A model generated the notes under the pieces. That model ran no database searches. It saw only the letters and a list, made by a program, of their open reading frames with translations, and was not told the origin of the DNA. The position numbers and the translations under genes are program-made. From an uncultured virus (IMG/VR IMGVR_UViG_3300017758_000001) (taxonomy: Duplodnaviria; Heunggongvirae; Uroviricota; Caudoviricetes), in the IMG/VR virus record IMGVR_UViG_3300017758_000001: 64,000 bases of DNA; one strand, given 5' to 3'. How positions within the stretch are numbered: the stretch's first letter is position 1; each line of letters opens with the position of its first letter. Positions 46,964 to 58,400 of the stretch are shown here, piece by piece.

Positions 46964-48289
46964 CTATGGGATATTACATGTCTCGCAAGCTGAGGTTTTT
47001 GATTCCCCATATCTTGTTGCTGTCGGAGTTCCCGTAAAGGTATTGGGTTGTATTGTGGCACAACTTATTTGTCCTGAACATACGTCATCCCCCACATGAT
47101 AAAGAATAACATCACCTTGTTGTATGAAAGAGGCTGTAATTGCCAACACACCATCAATACAAGTTCTTGACGGATCAATAAGGTAGTCTTGTTGACTAGA
47201 ACAATCTCTAATCTTTAATAAACCACTTTGTCCTGAAGGCCCCGCTTTAGTTGATGTTGGTGTTGGTGGAGGTGGTGGTGGTGATCCTGCACAATTTCCT
47301 GGTAGTAATGTTACAGGTTCCATATTGTTTGGATTACTATATATCCATGAATTACTTCTAACACATCTAGGTGGTTGTACACAATCCCCACCAGGTACCG
47401 ATAGATTATATGTGATACCATCACATCCTTCATATTGTACTTCAGAACCTGCGGTCCCTTCCTTTGAACAAAATTCTATATCAACACAGGTTTCTGTTGC
47501 TGTTGGGGTTGGTGTAGGTGATGGTGGAGGTGTGTTTGTGGGAAGTGGTGTTGTACTTGGTGATGGGGTTTGACATTGACCATCAATACAATCCCCATTT
47601 ATACTATAATTCAGTTTAGCGTCTGATACTGTTATATTGTTACCGTTACCACACACACTTTCTGTTGCATTTGACCCCACAGTTATGGTTTGTGGTTCTC
47701 CACTACAATCATCGTAATATCCGATTCTATTTCCACTAGATGCATTTGTGAACTCAATACATACACATGGACCAATAGTTGCACTTGGTGTGGGGTTAGG
47801 TGTTGCGTTAGGTGTTGGATTAGGTGTGGCTTCGTTAGTTGGATTAGGTGTTGGATTAGGGGTTGGTTGGTTAGTTGCGTTTGGTGTAGGGTTAGGTGTA
47901 GCTTCGTTAGTTGGAATAGGTGTTGGATTAGGGGTTGCGTTTGGTGTTGGGTTAGGAGTTGCAGTTGGTACAGGTGTTGGCTGTGGTTGTTGTTGTCCGT
48001 AAGGGACAAACGACACACACAACTCACAGTTTACTCGTGGTACAGGTACCTTAACAATTTCGTCGTGACAACCATCTGAAGAGAATCTTACAAAAAGAAA
48101 AGGGTGTTCCCCATTGACAATGTTTAAATCACTATCCTCAACTTCAAACTCAACAGGTCCTGATGTTATATTAGCATAGACAAGTTCTGTTGTGGTTCCA
48201 CTTGTTGTTCCACTATACAGACTAACAGGAAAATCACTCAAACTGTGAGTATTATCTAAACTTAAATCTATTCTAACTTTTCTTGCCAT
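46964..48289 (-). CDS. Cys-rich, Pro/Thr-linker putative decoration protein (441 aa)
   Basis: PNPT repeats; two C.G..C modules; C-terminal 6-Cys domain. Confidence 0.8.
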   Translation of the reverse strand: MARKVRIDLSLDNTHSLSDFPVSLYSGTTSGTTTELVYANITSGPVEFEVEDSDLNIVNGEHPFLFVRFSSDGCHDEIVKVPVPRVNCELCVSFVPYGQQQPQPTPVPTATPNPTPNATPNPTPIPTNEATPNPTPNATNQPTPNPTPNPTNEATPNPTPNATPNPTPSATIGPCVCIEFTNASSGNRIGYYDDCSGEPQTITVGSNATESVCGNGNNITVSDAKLNYSINGDCIDGQCQTPSPSTTPLPTNTPPPSPTPTPTATETCVDIEFCSKEGTAGSEVQYEGCDGITYNLSVPGGDCVQPPRCVRSNSWIYSNPNNMEPVTLLPGNCAGSPPPPPPTPTSTKAGPSGQSGLLKIRDCSSQQDYLIDPSRTCIDGVLAITASFIQQGDVILYHVGDDVCSGQISCATIQPNTFTGTPTATRYGESKTSACETCNIP

Positions 48290-48307
48290 TTTTTATAAGT
48301 TCAACGT

Positions 48308-49495
48308 TTATTGAACGGGTGTAAAATCTTCGGTTATTTTTTCAGGGATTTGAGATGCTCCATATACCGTGATTGGTATATCGTCTACCAATGTCAAAGT
48401 ATAAGGTGAGGTATCCGTTATTTGGTAAACCTTACCATTAGAATTAACTATGTATATATTTGACCCATATTCGAATATCCCATAAGGTTCTGGTATGTCT
48501 GCGGTTATGTCTAAATCCATCTCCACGTTTCCAGTGGTATAATCATACTGAGTAATGTGACTGCTAACGTGTGGATTAAATGTTCTGTTTGTGACAATTA
48601 ATTTATTTGTTGTGGTATACATATAGTCCCCCGCAACCACTCTTCCCGAAAGCATCGACCATTTAAGTGTTGCGGAAGCAACATTAGTCGTTATATCTAT
48701 CTCATAAACATCATATCCACTAATATTTATTAATGTGGTGTCATTAATTGCACATAAACCAGCATTCGTAAATACTGACGTTATAGTTCTGTTGAAGGTT
48801 TGAGAGAAAGGATTTAACGTTATATTGTATTCTAACAATGAAGCGGCTTGTGCATCATATACCCATATCTTATTTCTTGTGTTTGCAATATCGCTTGAAT
48901 TGTAAGTCGAATCAAATAAATATGTTAATGCCGTAGTACTAGGGTTATATGAGTAAATCGACGTAGTCGGGTATCCCGAATCATTTAAAAATACGTCAAT
49001 GTCTGACACAACTATTTCATAAGTAACAAACGAGACTCCTATCTCACAATCTGTTTCAGAGTTATCATCCAAACACTCATAGTCCACCTCAAATTTAATT
49101 TTATCATAACACTCAAAAGTTTTACTATCACTGATATATATACTTTCAATAATATGTCTTAATTCACTACCATTAATACAAGGACTCGTTTCACAATTAT
49201 CAATAACATTAAGAGTATCCTGTAATTTAATAAAATATCTTGTATCAAATTCTAAAGGACTATAAACAAAACAGGTTGATCCTGATATTGGTGGATCATT
49301 GTTTGTTATACATATTGGGTCTGTCCTATAATTTCTATGTGTTAATGATGTAGTCCCAGATGTTGATGGTAACCATTCACCATTTGGGTCTTCTGAGTTT
49401 GTAATTTGGGTAAATGATCCATAAGGTGATAACCCAATGTTCAATTTGAACTTATTAGGTGACACGATATCATATAATCTTACTACTAATCCCAT
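48308..49495 (-). CDS. Putative decoration protein with a C-terminal beta-propeller-like region (395 aa)
   Basis: DCEIGVSF linker; repeated four-strand blade-like pattern. Confidence 0.65.
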   Translation of the reverse strand: MGLVVRLYDIVSPNKFKLNIGLSPYGSFTQITNSEDPNGEWLPSTSGTTSLTHRNYRTDPICITNNDPPISGSTCFVYSPLEFDTRYFIKLQDTLNVIDNCETSPCINGSELRHIIESIYISDSKTFECYDKIKFEVDYECLDDNSETDCEIGVSFVTYEIVVSDIDVFLNDSGYPTTSIYSYNPSTTALTYLFDSTYNSSDIANTRNKIWVYDAQAASLLEYNITLNPFSQTFNRTITSVFTNAGLCAINDTTLINISGYDVYEIDITTNVASATLKWSMLSGRVVAGDYMYTTTNKLIVTNRTFNPHVSSHITQYDYTTGNVEMDLDITADIPEPYGIFEYGSNIYIVNSNGKVYQITDTSPYTLTLVDDIPITVYGASQIPEKITEDFTPVQ

Positions 49496-49523
49496 ATGTT
49501 TATAAATACTTTAGAATAGAAAT

Positions 49524-49552
49524 AAAAAAACCCGTTATTAAACGGGTTTTTT
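49524..49552. terminator. Bidirectional-type intrinsic terminator
   Basis: AAAAAAACCCGTT-ATTA-AACGGGTTTTTT. Confidence 0.85.
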
Positions 49553-49573
49553 AAAATATGGTTAGTTAACCTA

Positions 49574-50131
49574 TTATTCCATACACTCGGTGTTGGTACA
49601 TCCTTTTTGTTTGTTAAGAATACCATCGAGGGATAATAAAGCGGTAACTTCTTGAGATACGTCAACTTGTTTAATTTCACCACAATATGTCGCTCCTACT
49701 TCACCATTACATGATGACGCCGCGTAGAATTGTACAAATTCACCTTCTATGAAGATTGAATTATCTACAGGTAGGGTAGTATTACTACCGTCACAAATAA
49801 CAAGGTCTGACGCGTAATATGTTGCATTATCAACACATCTTTCTATTTCAAAAATCTTTGCAGTATTACCAGGGTTTTCTCCTCCTGAACATGCTTGACC
49901 TGTCCAAGGGACTTGATTGGTACATGTACCTGTTGATGTTATTGTACCTCCCGATATTGTATCGTCTACTTGGTATGTGACACCGTTAATTAAATTTGCA
50001 AGTGCAACTCCCGTCGCTATCGTTGTTGGTGCAGGACTACCATTACAGTGATTTCCAATGATTGTGAAAGTATCTGCCTGTGTGGTATTTGCGTAACCTG
50101 CGCTTAATGTAAATGTTACTGAATATGCCAT
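49574..50131 (-). CDS. Two-domain Cys-rich protein (N-terminal beta domain + 6-Cys domain, 185 aa)
   Basis: C-terminal half aligns by eye with the C-termini of the 1753-aa and 441-aa proteins. Confidence 0.75.
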   Translation of the reverse strand: MAYSVTFTLSAGYANTTQADTFTIIGNHCNGSPAPTTIATGVALANLINGVTYQVDDTISGGTITSTGTCTNQVPWTGQACSGGENPGNTAKIFEIERCVDNATYYASDLVICDGSNTTLPVDNSIFIEGEFVQFYAASSCNGEVGATYCGEIKQVDVSQEVTALLSLDGILNKQKGCTNTECME

Positions 50132-50196
50132 AGTATTGTTTTTTTAAATTCTTTATTAATAAATATCATACTTTTTAAAAAAAGTTAATTATTTCT

Positions 50197-53100
50197 TTAC
50201 TCGAAACAATTGAAGTTGCTACAATTCTCTAAATCTTGGTCCATAGTTATAACCGCATTTATAGTCTCTGTAACATCTAAGTCCTGAATAGTTCCACAAA
50301 ATGTAGATGCTTCGGATGAACATGGGGTCTGTATCATCTGTACAACATCACCTAAACTCCATGATCCACCATTTGATAGTATCACTTCTAAACCATTTTC
50401 GCATCCATTGTGAGAATGAACATAATATGTACCACCACCAGGTAAACATGACGCAACTTTCATTGTGGTCCCAATACCACCACCTTCATCTAGTGCGAAT
50501 GTACTTTTTACCGATGTAGTTGCGGTACAACCATTTGCGTCGGTTACAATTACATAGTAATACCCCGCGGATAGATTTGAGAATGTTTGAGATGGGTTAG
50601 CGGACGTAACAGGTTCGATTGTTGCAACTAATGTTCCTCCACTATTTGTATATGGAGATGCAGTATCTTCATATAATCTATATATTTTATTCCATGTACC
50701 CCCACTTGAAGTTACTGTTATGGATCCATTTGATCCCGTAGTAAAAGATGTAATTGTTACAGTTCCCGCTGTTGGTTCATACACTGTACGACTATAATCT
50801 TTAGTACATCCACTTCCATCTTTAATTGTTATTGTATAAGTTCCAGCACTTAATGAATTATAATCATATGGGAATGTTGATGACCATAACCCAGCATCTA
50901 ATCTATGTTGGTAGGTAGCACCATTACCATTAATTGGACTTGCAACATTTATTGATCCATCTGATCCTCCATTACATGAAACATCTACAGGTGTAAATGT
51001 TGCCGATGGATTTGTTTTGAATATTGATACAGTCCCTGTCTCAATACATTTATTATCATCTTTAATTTTTAATAAGTAATTACCCTCACCTAAACTACTA
51101 AACGTATTAGATGATTGATAATTGGTTCCGTTATCTTTTGAATATTCATAACTACCCGAACCACCCGTAGCGTTGATTACGATTTGACCATCTGTGGATG
51201 CCTGACATGTTGGGTGAGTTAGTGTGGTAGTAAATGTTAAATCTGTGGGTTGTGTGATTGTCTTTGTATATGATCTTGTACATCCACTTCCATCTTTTAC
51301 CGTTACCGTGTATGATCCTGCCGCCAATGATGAGTATGTTTTAGGGAATGTCGTCGTGTAAGAACCAATATCCAATTTAACACTATAAGTCCCTCCATTT
51401 CCACCTGTTGGTGATGATACTGTTATTGAACCTGTACTTGCTCCGTAACATGCAACATTAGATTGAGTTACTGTAGCACTTACGGCACCCTTACTTAATG
51501 TTACTGATCTTGATGAGGTACAACCATTTGCGTCGGTTACAATTAATGTGTACGTACCTTCACCCAAACCTGTATGTGCTAAATCTGTTGTCGAATCACC
51601 ATTTAATGTGTAAGTTTTTTCACCTGTACCACCACTTACAGTAAATGTAATTGACCCATCTGTACCTCCATCACAAGTTGGGTCTGTATGACTATCCCCA
51701 ATACTAAGTGCACTTGGTTGTGTAATAGTAACTGAGTATGATGTTGTACATCCATCACCATCTTTTACTGTTATTGTATGTGTACCTGCAGAGACAGAAT
51801 AGGTTTTTGATGTTCCGATGTTACTATAACTACCACTATTCAACTTAGATTGGTATGTCCCTCCGTTTCCACCTGTTGGTGAAGATACTACTATTGAACC
51901 CGCACCTCCATTACAAAGTGGATTTGTTGAACTTATTGTTGCAGTAACCTGTGATTTACTTAATGTCACTGATACTGTATCAACACAGTTACTTTCATCT
52001 TTCGCATATAATGTATAAGAACCAACACTCAATGATGTGAATGTTCCTGAAGAAAAATATTGAGTACCATTAATAGAATATTGTTTAGTACCCGTACCTC
52101 CCGTAGCTCCCACTGTTATACTACCATCACTACTGTAATTACACGTTGGATGTGTAACAGAACTTGAAGTTACATTAACCGCTGTTGGTTGTGTAATAGT
52201 AATACTATATGATCTTGTACAACCATCACCATCTTTTACTGTTATGGTGTTAACCCCCGCAGCCAAACTTGAGTATGTCTTAGGGAACGTCGTTGTGTAA
52301 GAACCACTGTTTAGTTTTACACTATAAGTCCCTCCATTTCCACCTGTTGGTGATGATACTGTGATAGATCCGTTTGTTCCCTTATTACATGTAACATTAG
52401 ATTGTGTTACTGTTGCGGAGACCTGAGTTTTGGATAAAGTCACTGAAGTTGAATCAACACATCCATTACCGTCTTTAACATAGACTGTATAGGTTCCATT
52501 TCCTAAACTTGTGAAAGTATTTGAGGTTTGGTAAGATCCACTACCTATTTTATAGGTATACGATCCTGTACCACCACTACCCGTAACTGTTATAGTACCA
52601 TCAGTATCATCGTAACAACTTGGGTTCGTTGATGATGCACTAGCGGTAACCGTATTGTTTTCAGTAATTGTTTTATTCTGAACTCTTTCACAACCATCAC
52701 TATCTTTAATATAGATATAATAAGTATCTGGTGCTAAATCCTCATACAGTTTAGTACCTGTTAGGTTAACATAAGTTCCATCTGAAGAGTTGTTAGTTGT
52801 GTTAATTTTAACTTGATATGTGGCTCCCGACCCACCTGTTGGGTTAGAAACTGATATTGATCCGTTATCATCACCATTACACACCACATTTGTAGTTGTA
52901 ATAGTTGCAGATGGTGATGTGGTAGATAAATTAACATACCCAAAACTTGAAACACATCCATTACCGTCTCTTACTCTTACACTATGACTACCTCCAGTTA
53001 AATTTGTTTTTACGTTTGATGTGTACCAAAAACCATCAAACTGATATTCATAAGATCCGTTACCTCCTGAGGCGGAAACAGTGATACTACCGTCATTACC

Positions 53101-55458
53101 ATTCCAACATGTTGGGTCAACATGTGTTTCTGTGAATGTTACGGGTTGTGGTTCTGTAATTGTTATATTGTAGGTTCTTTCACATGAAGATGAGTCCTTA
53201 AGATATACTATGTATGTATCAGGATCAAGACTTTCGTATAACACATAAGTTGTTAGGTTACTCCAATTATGTAGTAATGTTCCGTCATCACGTGTCATTT
53301 TGACTTGGTATGTGGCTCCCGATCCTCCTGATGGTGAGGTTACATTAATCCAACCATTATCATTACCGTTACATGTTATATTTGATTGTGTTACTGTTGC
53401 GGATACTTGTGTTACACTTAGAGTAACCGTTCTAGTATCAGTACATCCATTTTCATCCGTTGCAATTAGAGTATAAGAACCCGCAGTCAAATTTTCATGA
53501 AGTAAATCTGTTGTTACATCACCATTTAAAGTATATGTTATTTCACCTGTACCACCAACAACACTAAATTGGATTTCACCATCACTCCCACCATAACATG
53601 TTGGATCTGTATGTGAATCAGTTATATTGAGTACGGGTGGTTGTAATATTCCTAATGTAAATGTTCCAACCTCACCATTACTATCTTTGACATAAATTGT
53701 ATAATTACCCGCGGCCAAACCTGTAAATGAAGTGGACGTTTGATAATTGGTACCATTTATAGAATAAGTGTAAGGTGAATCACCTCCTGTTTGAGAATTA
53801 ACTGTAATACTACCTGTGGAATCATTGTAACAAAGTAAGTGTGTCACACTAGCAGTACCTGAAACAGATATATTTGTTATTGATATTGTCAATTTTTTTT
53901 CAAAGTACAGACCTCCTTGGTCAGTTGACCTAACTCTTATAGAATAACTTGACTGTGTTTCATAATCAAATACTTCATCACTCTTTAGTGTTGTACCATC
54001 AATATCAAAACTACTATTTCCTGTGTCTCCCGTACCACTTACTAAAGTATATGTAAACGTATTATTAGTATCAGGATCTTGAGAACTAAATGTACCTATT
54101 GCGGTTCCTGATGCCACATTTTCATCGATTGACGAATTTGATAAAGTGAGATTAGTGGGTGTTTCATTAACATCAAGTACTGAAATTGTAAATGTGTCAG
54201 TATATGTATTATTACCACTATCAGTAACTGTTACTTCAATACTGTAAGAGTTTTTAACCTCATAGTTAAAAACAATTGCGTTTTCAAGTACCCCTGCACT
54301 TGATAAACTAAATGATGTATTGTCATTAACAGTACCTGTAAGTGCATATGTGAATGTTTCACCACTATCTACATCTAAACCTGAAAAAGTACCTATAGTC
54401 GTACCTATTGCAGTATTTTCATTTTGTGTATTATTACTTAATGTAAGACCATAAGGTGTTTCATTTATATTAAGAACACTTACGGTCCTTGTGTCCTCAA
54501 AAGTTAATCCATCTTGGTCAGTGACTCTTATTCTTATAGAATAACTTGATTTAGTTTCATAATTGAATACAATTGCATTTTTGAGTACTCCCGCACTTGA
54601 TAATGTAAATGATGCGTTATCAGTACTTCCTATACCACTCACTAAACTAAATGTGTGTGAATCACCCGAATCAGGATCTCCCGCGACTAATGTGGCAATA
54701 GTTGTTGATGTTGCCGTATTTTCAGATTGAGTTAATAGTGTAGGTGTAAAACCTGTAGGTGCCCTGTTTATATCAATATCCACATCAAAATCACAATTTG
54801 GTGTTGGACTTGGAGTTGGACTAGGACTAGGTGATGGAGATGGTGTAGGAGTTGGGCTTGGTGTATTTGTCGGGCTTGGACTTGGTGATGGGCTAGGTGA
54901 TGGTGATGGTGTTGGAGTTGGTGATGCAGTAGGATTAGGTGTAGGATTAGGTGTAGGATTAGGTGTTGCACTTGGTGATGGGCTAGGTGATGGTGAAGGA
55001 GACGGTGATGGACTTGGTGATGGTGATGGTGTAGGAGTTGGTGTAGCAATATCTACATCAACATCAAAGTCACAATTAGGTGTTGGACTCGGTGATGGTG
55101 AAGGAGATGGTGATGGGCTAGGACTTGGGCTCGGAGACGGAGATGGACTCGGGCTCGGAGATGGACTAGGACTTGGTGTTGGTGTTGGTGTAGAAGTTGG
55201 GATTGGTGTTGGTAAAATAATCTCATCATCTATTACACATGAGTTATTGTATAGTAATATAGTTGTTGCACTATATGGTACTTCAACTCTTACACCATTT
55301 TCTCTAATAAGATCAGAATATGTTACATTTGTTGCGGGTAAATTAGTTGATACTCTTGTCGCAATATTAGATGCATTAATTTGGTCATAGTATATAATAT
55401 ATGTACTATGGGAAGTTCCCGAACTTATTCTTACATCAAAATATCTTACTTGAGCCAT
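50197..55458 (-). CDS. Giant adhesin-like protein: PS/PT stalk, 3 cadherin-like repeats, 13-14 SprB-like repeats, 6-Cys tip (1753 aa)
   Basis: Cadherin hallmarks (EN, DxD, FNYE/FDYE, DVNETP); SprB-like [28 protein letters not shown]. Confidence 0.88.
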   Translation of the reverse strand: MAQVRYFDVRISSGTSHSTYIIYYDQINASNIATRVSTNLPATNVTYSDLIRENGVRVEVPYSATTILLYNNSCVIDDEIILPTPIPTSTPTPTPSPSPSPSPSPSPSPSPSPSPSPSPSPSPSPTPNCDFDVDVDIATPTPTPSPSPSPSPSPSPSPSPSPSATPNPTPNPTPNPTASPTPTPSPSPSPSPSPSPTNTPSPTPTPSPSPSPSPTPSPTPNCDFDVDIDINRAPTGFTPTLLTQSENTATSTTIATLVAGDPDSGDSHTFSLVSGIGSTDNASFTLSSAGVLKNAIVFNYETKSSYSIRIRVTDQDGLTFEDTRTVSVLNINETPYGLTLSNNTQNENTAIGTTIGTFSGLDVDSGETFTYALTGTVNDNTSFSLSSAGVLENAIVFNYEVKNSYSIEVTVTDSGNNTYTDTFTISVLDVNETPTNLTLSNSSIDENVASGTAIGTFSSQDPDTNNTFTYTLVSGTGDTGNSSFDIDGTTLKSDEVFDYETQSSYSIRVRSTDQGGLYFEKKLTISITNISVSGTASVTHLLCYNDSTGSITVNSQTGGDSPYTYSINGTNYQTSTSFTGLAAGNYTIYVKDSNGEVGTFTLGILQPPVLNITDSHTDPTCYGGSDGEIQFSVVGGTGEITYTLNGDVTTDLLHENLTAGSYTLIATDENGCTDTRTVTLSVTQVSATVTQSNITCNGNDNGWINVTSPSGGSGATYQVKMTRDDGTLLHNWSNLTTYVLYESLDPDTYIVYLKDSSSCERTYNITITEPQPVTFTETHVDPTCWNGNDGSITVSASGGNGSYEYQFDGFWYTSNVKTNLTGGSHSVRVRDGNGCVSSFGYVNLSTTSPSATITTTNVVCNGDDNGSISVSNPTGGSGATYQVKINTTNNSSDGTYVNLTGTKLYEDLAPDTYYIYIKDSDGCERVQNKTITENNTVTASASSTNPSCYDDTDGTITVTGSGGTGSYTYKIGSGSYQTSNTFTSLGNGTYTVYVKDGNGCVDSTSVTLSKTQVSATVTQSNVTCNKGTNGSITVSSPTGGNGGTYSVKLNSGSYTTTFPKTYSSLAAGVNTITVKDGDGCTRSYSITITQPTAVNVTSSSVTHPTCNYSSDGSITVGATGGTGTKQYSINGTQYFSSGTFTSLSVGSYTLYAKDESNCVDTVSVTLSKSQVTATISSTNPLCNGGAGSIVVSSPTGGNGGTYQSKLNSGSYSNIGTSKTYSVSAGTHTITVKDGDGCTTSYSVTITQPSALSIGDSHTDPTCDGGTDGSITFTVSGGTGEKTYTLNGDSTTDLAHTGLGEGTYTLIVTDANGCTSSRSVTLSKGAVSATVTQSNVACYGASTGSITVSSPTGGNGGTYSVKLDIGSYTTTFPKTYSSLAAGSYTVTVKDGSGCTRSYTKTITQPTDLTFTTTLTHPTCQASTDGQIVINATGGSGSYEYSKDNGTNYQSSNTFSSLGEGNYLLKIKDDNKCIETGTVSIFKTNPSATFTPVDVSCNGGSDGSINVASPINGNGATYQHRLDAGLWSSTFPYDYNSLSAGTYTITIKDGSGCTKDYSRTVYEPTAGTVTITSFTTGSNGSITVTSSGGTWNKIYRLYEDTASPYTNSGGTLVATIEPVTSANPSQTFSNLSAGYYYVIVTDANGCTATTSVKSTFALDEGGGIGTTMKVASCLPGGGTYYVHSHNGCENGLEVILSNGGSWSLGDVVQMIQTPCSSEASTFCGTIQDLDVTETINAVITMDQDLENCSNFNCFE

Positions 55459-55495
55459 TATTAAAATATATAGTTTATTTTTTCAATTTTATAGT

Positions 55496-58400
55496 TTATC
55501 CTTCTTCAAAATTTTCAGTTACCTCACCTTCAAAACTACAGTCACATAGTATCCACACTCTTTCTACTTGAGTTAACACGTTATTCCATTCAACAATAAT
55601 TGCAATTGCTTTGTTATCTGTATCGATATATCTTATTCCTGTATCAAACAGTCTATTAGTTCCTATTGGTGTTAAAGTACCTTCAGTATGATCAAATGAA
55701 CTTACCTCAGTTCCTACAGGTATAACATGTTCACCAATACATGAACTACCAACACCACCTGAATATGTTCTATAATAAACAACACAATCATCTATATTGT
55801 AAACCCATTCTTTTCCGTCAGTTGATCTAACTATGTCACCTTCACGGGTTTCATTACAGTACCCACCTAAATCTTTTATTGAACTTACATTAGGTGTACT
55901 ACCTGTTGGTACATAAGAGTTCTTATAGATTTGTGTACCACAATCTGGTGGACAATCTACTGCCGTTGGACTCGGAGTTGGGCTTGGTGTCGGAGATGGA
56001 CTCGGACTTGGGCTTGGACTCGGAGACGGTGAAGGACTCGGTGTTGGTGTTGGAGTCTCAGTTGGTCTTGGTGTTGTACTTGGTGATGGCGATGGGCTCG
56101 GACTTGGTGTTGGTGTTGGTGTAGCAATATCTACGTCCACATCAAAATCACAGTTTGGTGTAGGACTTGGTGAAGGAGATGGGCTTGGACTTGGTGATGG
56201 ACTTGGCGTAGGCGTTGGAGAACTACTCGGACTCGGAGAAGGACTCGGAGATGGAGTTGGACTTGCTGTTGGGTCAGGTGTTAAACTCGGAGTAGGTGAA
56301 GGACTCGGAGATGGGCTAGGTGATGGTGATGGGCTAGGTGTTGGTGTTGGAGTCGCAATATCTACATCAACATCAAAATCACAATTAGGTGTTACACTTG
56401 GAGAAGGTGACGGAGATGGTGATGGTGATGGGCTAGGTGTTGGAGTTGGACTTGGTGTTGGTGAAGCCGTAGCATTTGGTGTTATACTTGGTGTTGGTGA
56501 AGCAGTGGGATCAGGTGTCTCAGTCGGTCTTGGAGTATCACTTGGTGTAGGTGAAGGGCTCGGTGATGGACTAGGTGATGGAGATGGTGTAGGAGTTGGA
56601 GTCGCAATATCTACATCAACATCAAAATCACAATTAGGTGTTACACTTGGTGATGGCGATGGGCTCGGACTTGGTGTTGGTGATGATGTAGGGTTAGGTG
56701 TTGGTTGTGGAGTCACACTCGGTGATGGACTAGGTGATGGTGAAGGACTCGGACTTGGTGTTGGTGTTGGAGTCGCAATGTCCACATCAATATCGAAATC
56801 ACAGTTTGGTGTTACACTTGGTGATGGACTTGGGCTTGGTGTTGGTGATGATGTAGGGTTAGGCGTAGCATTTGGTGTTACACTTGGACTTGGTGATGGA
56901 CTTGGGCTTGGTGATGGGTTAGGTGTAGCATTTGGTGTTACACTTGGTGATGGACTTGGACTTGGTGTTGGTGATGATGTTGGATCAGGTGTAGGTGTTG
57001 GTGTAGCAATATCTACATCAATATCGAAATCACAGTTTGGTGTTACCGATGGTGAAGGGCTCGGTGAAGGACTTGGACTTGGCGACGGACTTGGTGAAGG
57101 AGATGGGCTTGGACTTGGAGTCGGACTAGGTGATGATGTTGGAGACGGTGAAGGACTCGGTGTTGGTGTTGGTGTGGCAATATCTATGTCTACGTCGAAA
57201 TCACAATTAGGTGTCGCTGATGGGCTTGGGCTTGGCGACGGAGAAGGTGATGGTGTAGGAGTTGGGTTTTGTGTTGAAGGTGGTGTAACTGTTGCTTCAG
57301 GTGTTGGTGCGGGTGTTGCACTAAATGTAGGACTTGGTGAAATACTCGGTGTTGGAGTCGGTGTTGCAATGTCCACATCCACATCAAAGTCACAATTTGG
57401 TGTTGATGAAGGACTTGGGCTTGGTGATGGGCTAGGTGATGGTGTTGGTGTTGGTAATCCTGTCTGTGTTGGCGACGGAGAAGGTGATGGTGATGGGCTA
57501 GGACTAGGTGATGGAGATGGTGTAGGAGTTGGTGTTGCTATATCTACATCAATATCGAAATCACAGTTTGGTGTCGCTGAAGGGCTTGGTGAAGGTGTAG
57601 GTGATGCAGAAGGGTTAGGTGTAGCATTTGGTGTTACACTTGGAGACGGACTCGGTGTTGGAGTTGGAGTTGGTGCGGCAATATCTATGTCTACGTCGAA
57701 ATCACAATTAGGTGTTACACTTGGTGAAGGACTAGGTGAAGGACTCGGACTTGGTGTAGGAGTTGGTGTAGCAATATCTACATCAATATCGAAATCACAG
57801 TTTGGTGTTACCGATGGTGAGGGTGATGGGCTAGGTGATGGGCTCGGACTTGGTGTTGGTGTTGGTAATCCTGTCTGTGTTGGTGAAGGAGTTTGACTCG
57901 AAGTTGGTTGTGGAGTCTCAGTTGGTAAAGCCGTTATTGAGGGTGTTGGTGTTGGAGTTGCAATATCCACATCCACATCAAAATCACAGTTTGGTGACGG
58001 TGATGGGCTCGGTGATGGCGATGGTGATGGTGTAGGAGTTGGTAATCCTGTCTGTGTTGGCGACGGAGATGGGTTAGGTGAAGGTGTAGGAGTTGGAGTT
58101 GCAATATCTACATCAACATCGAAGTCACAATTTGGTGTTACACTTGGTGATGGAGATGGTGTAGGAGTTGGTGATGGACTTGGGCTTGGGCTTGGAGTGG
58201 GTGTTGGTGTGGCAATATCCACATCAATATCGAAATCACAGTTTGGTGTTGCACTTGGAGATGGAGATGGAGAAGGTGTTGGAGTTGGTGCGGCAATCTC
58301 AATATCTACATCAAAATCACAATTAGGTGTTACACTTGGACTTGGTGATGGGCTGGGTGATGGTGTTGGTACAGGTGTTGTTGTAGGATCAGGTGTTGGT

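Noticed and set aside
42369..57393. Short minus-strand His/Gln/Leu-rich ORFs (42369, 44061, 44952, 47683, 54768, 57190)
   Set aside because: Alternative-frame readings of CCA/ACA/TCA repeats, not real poly-His proteins
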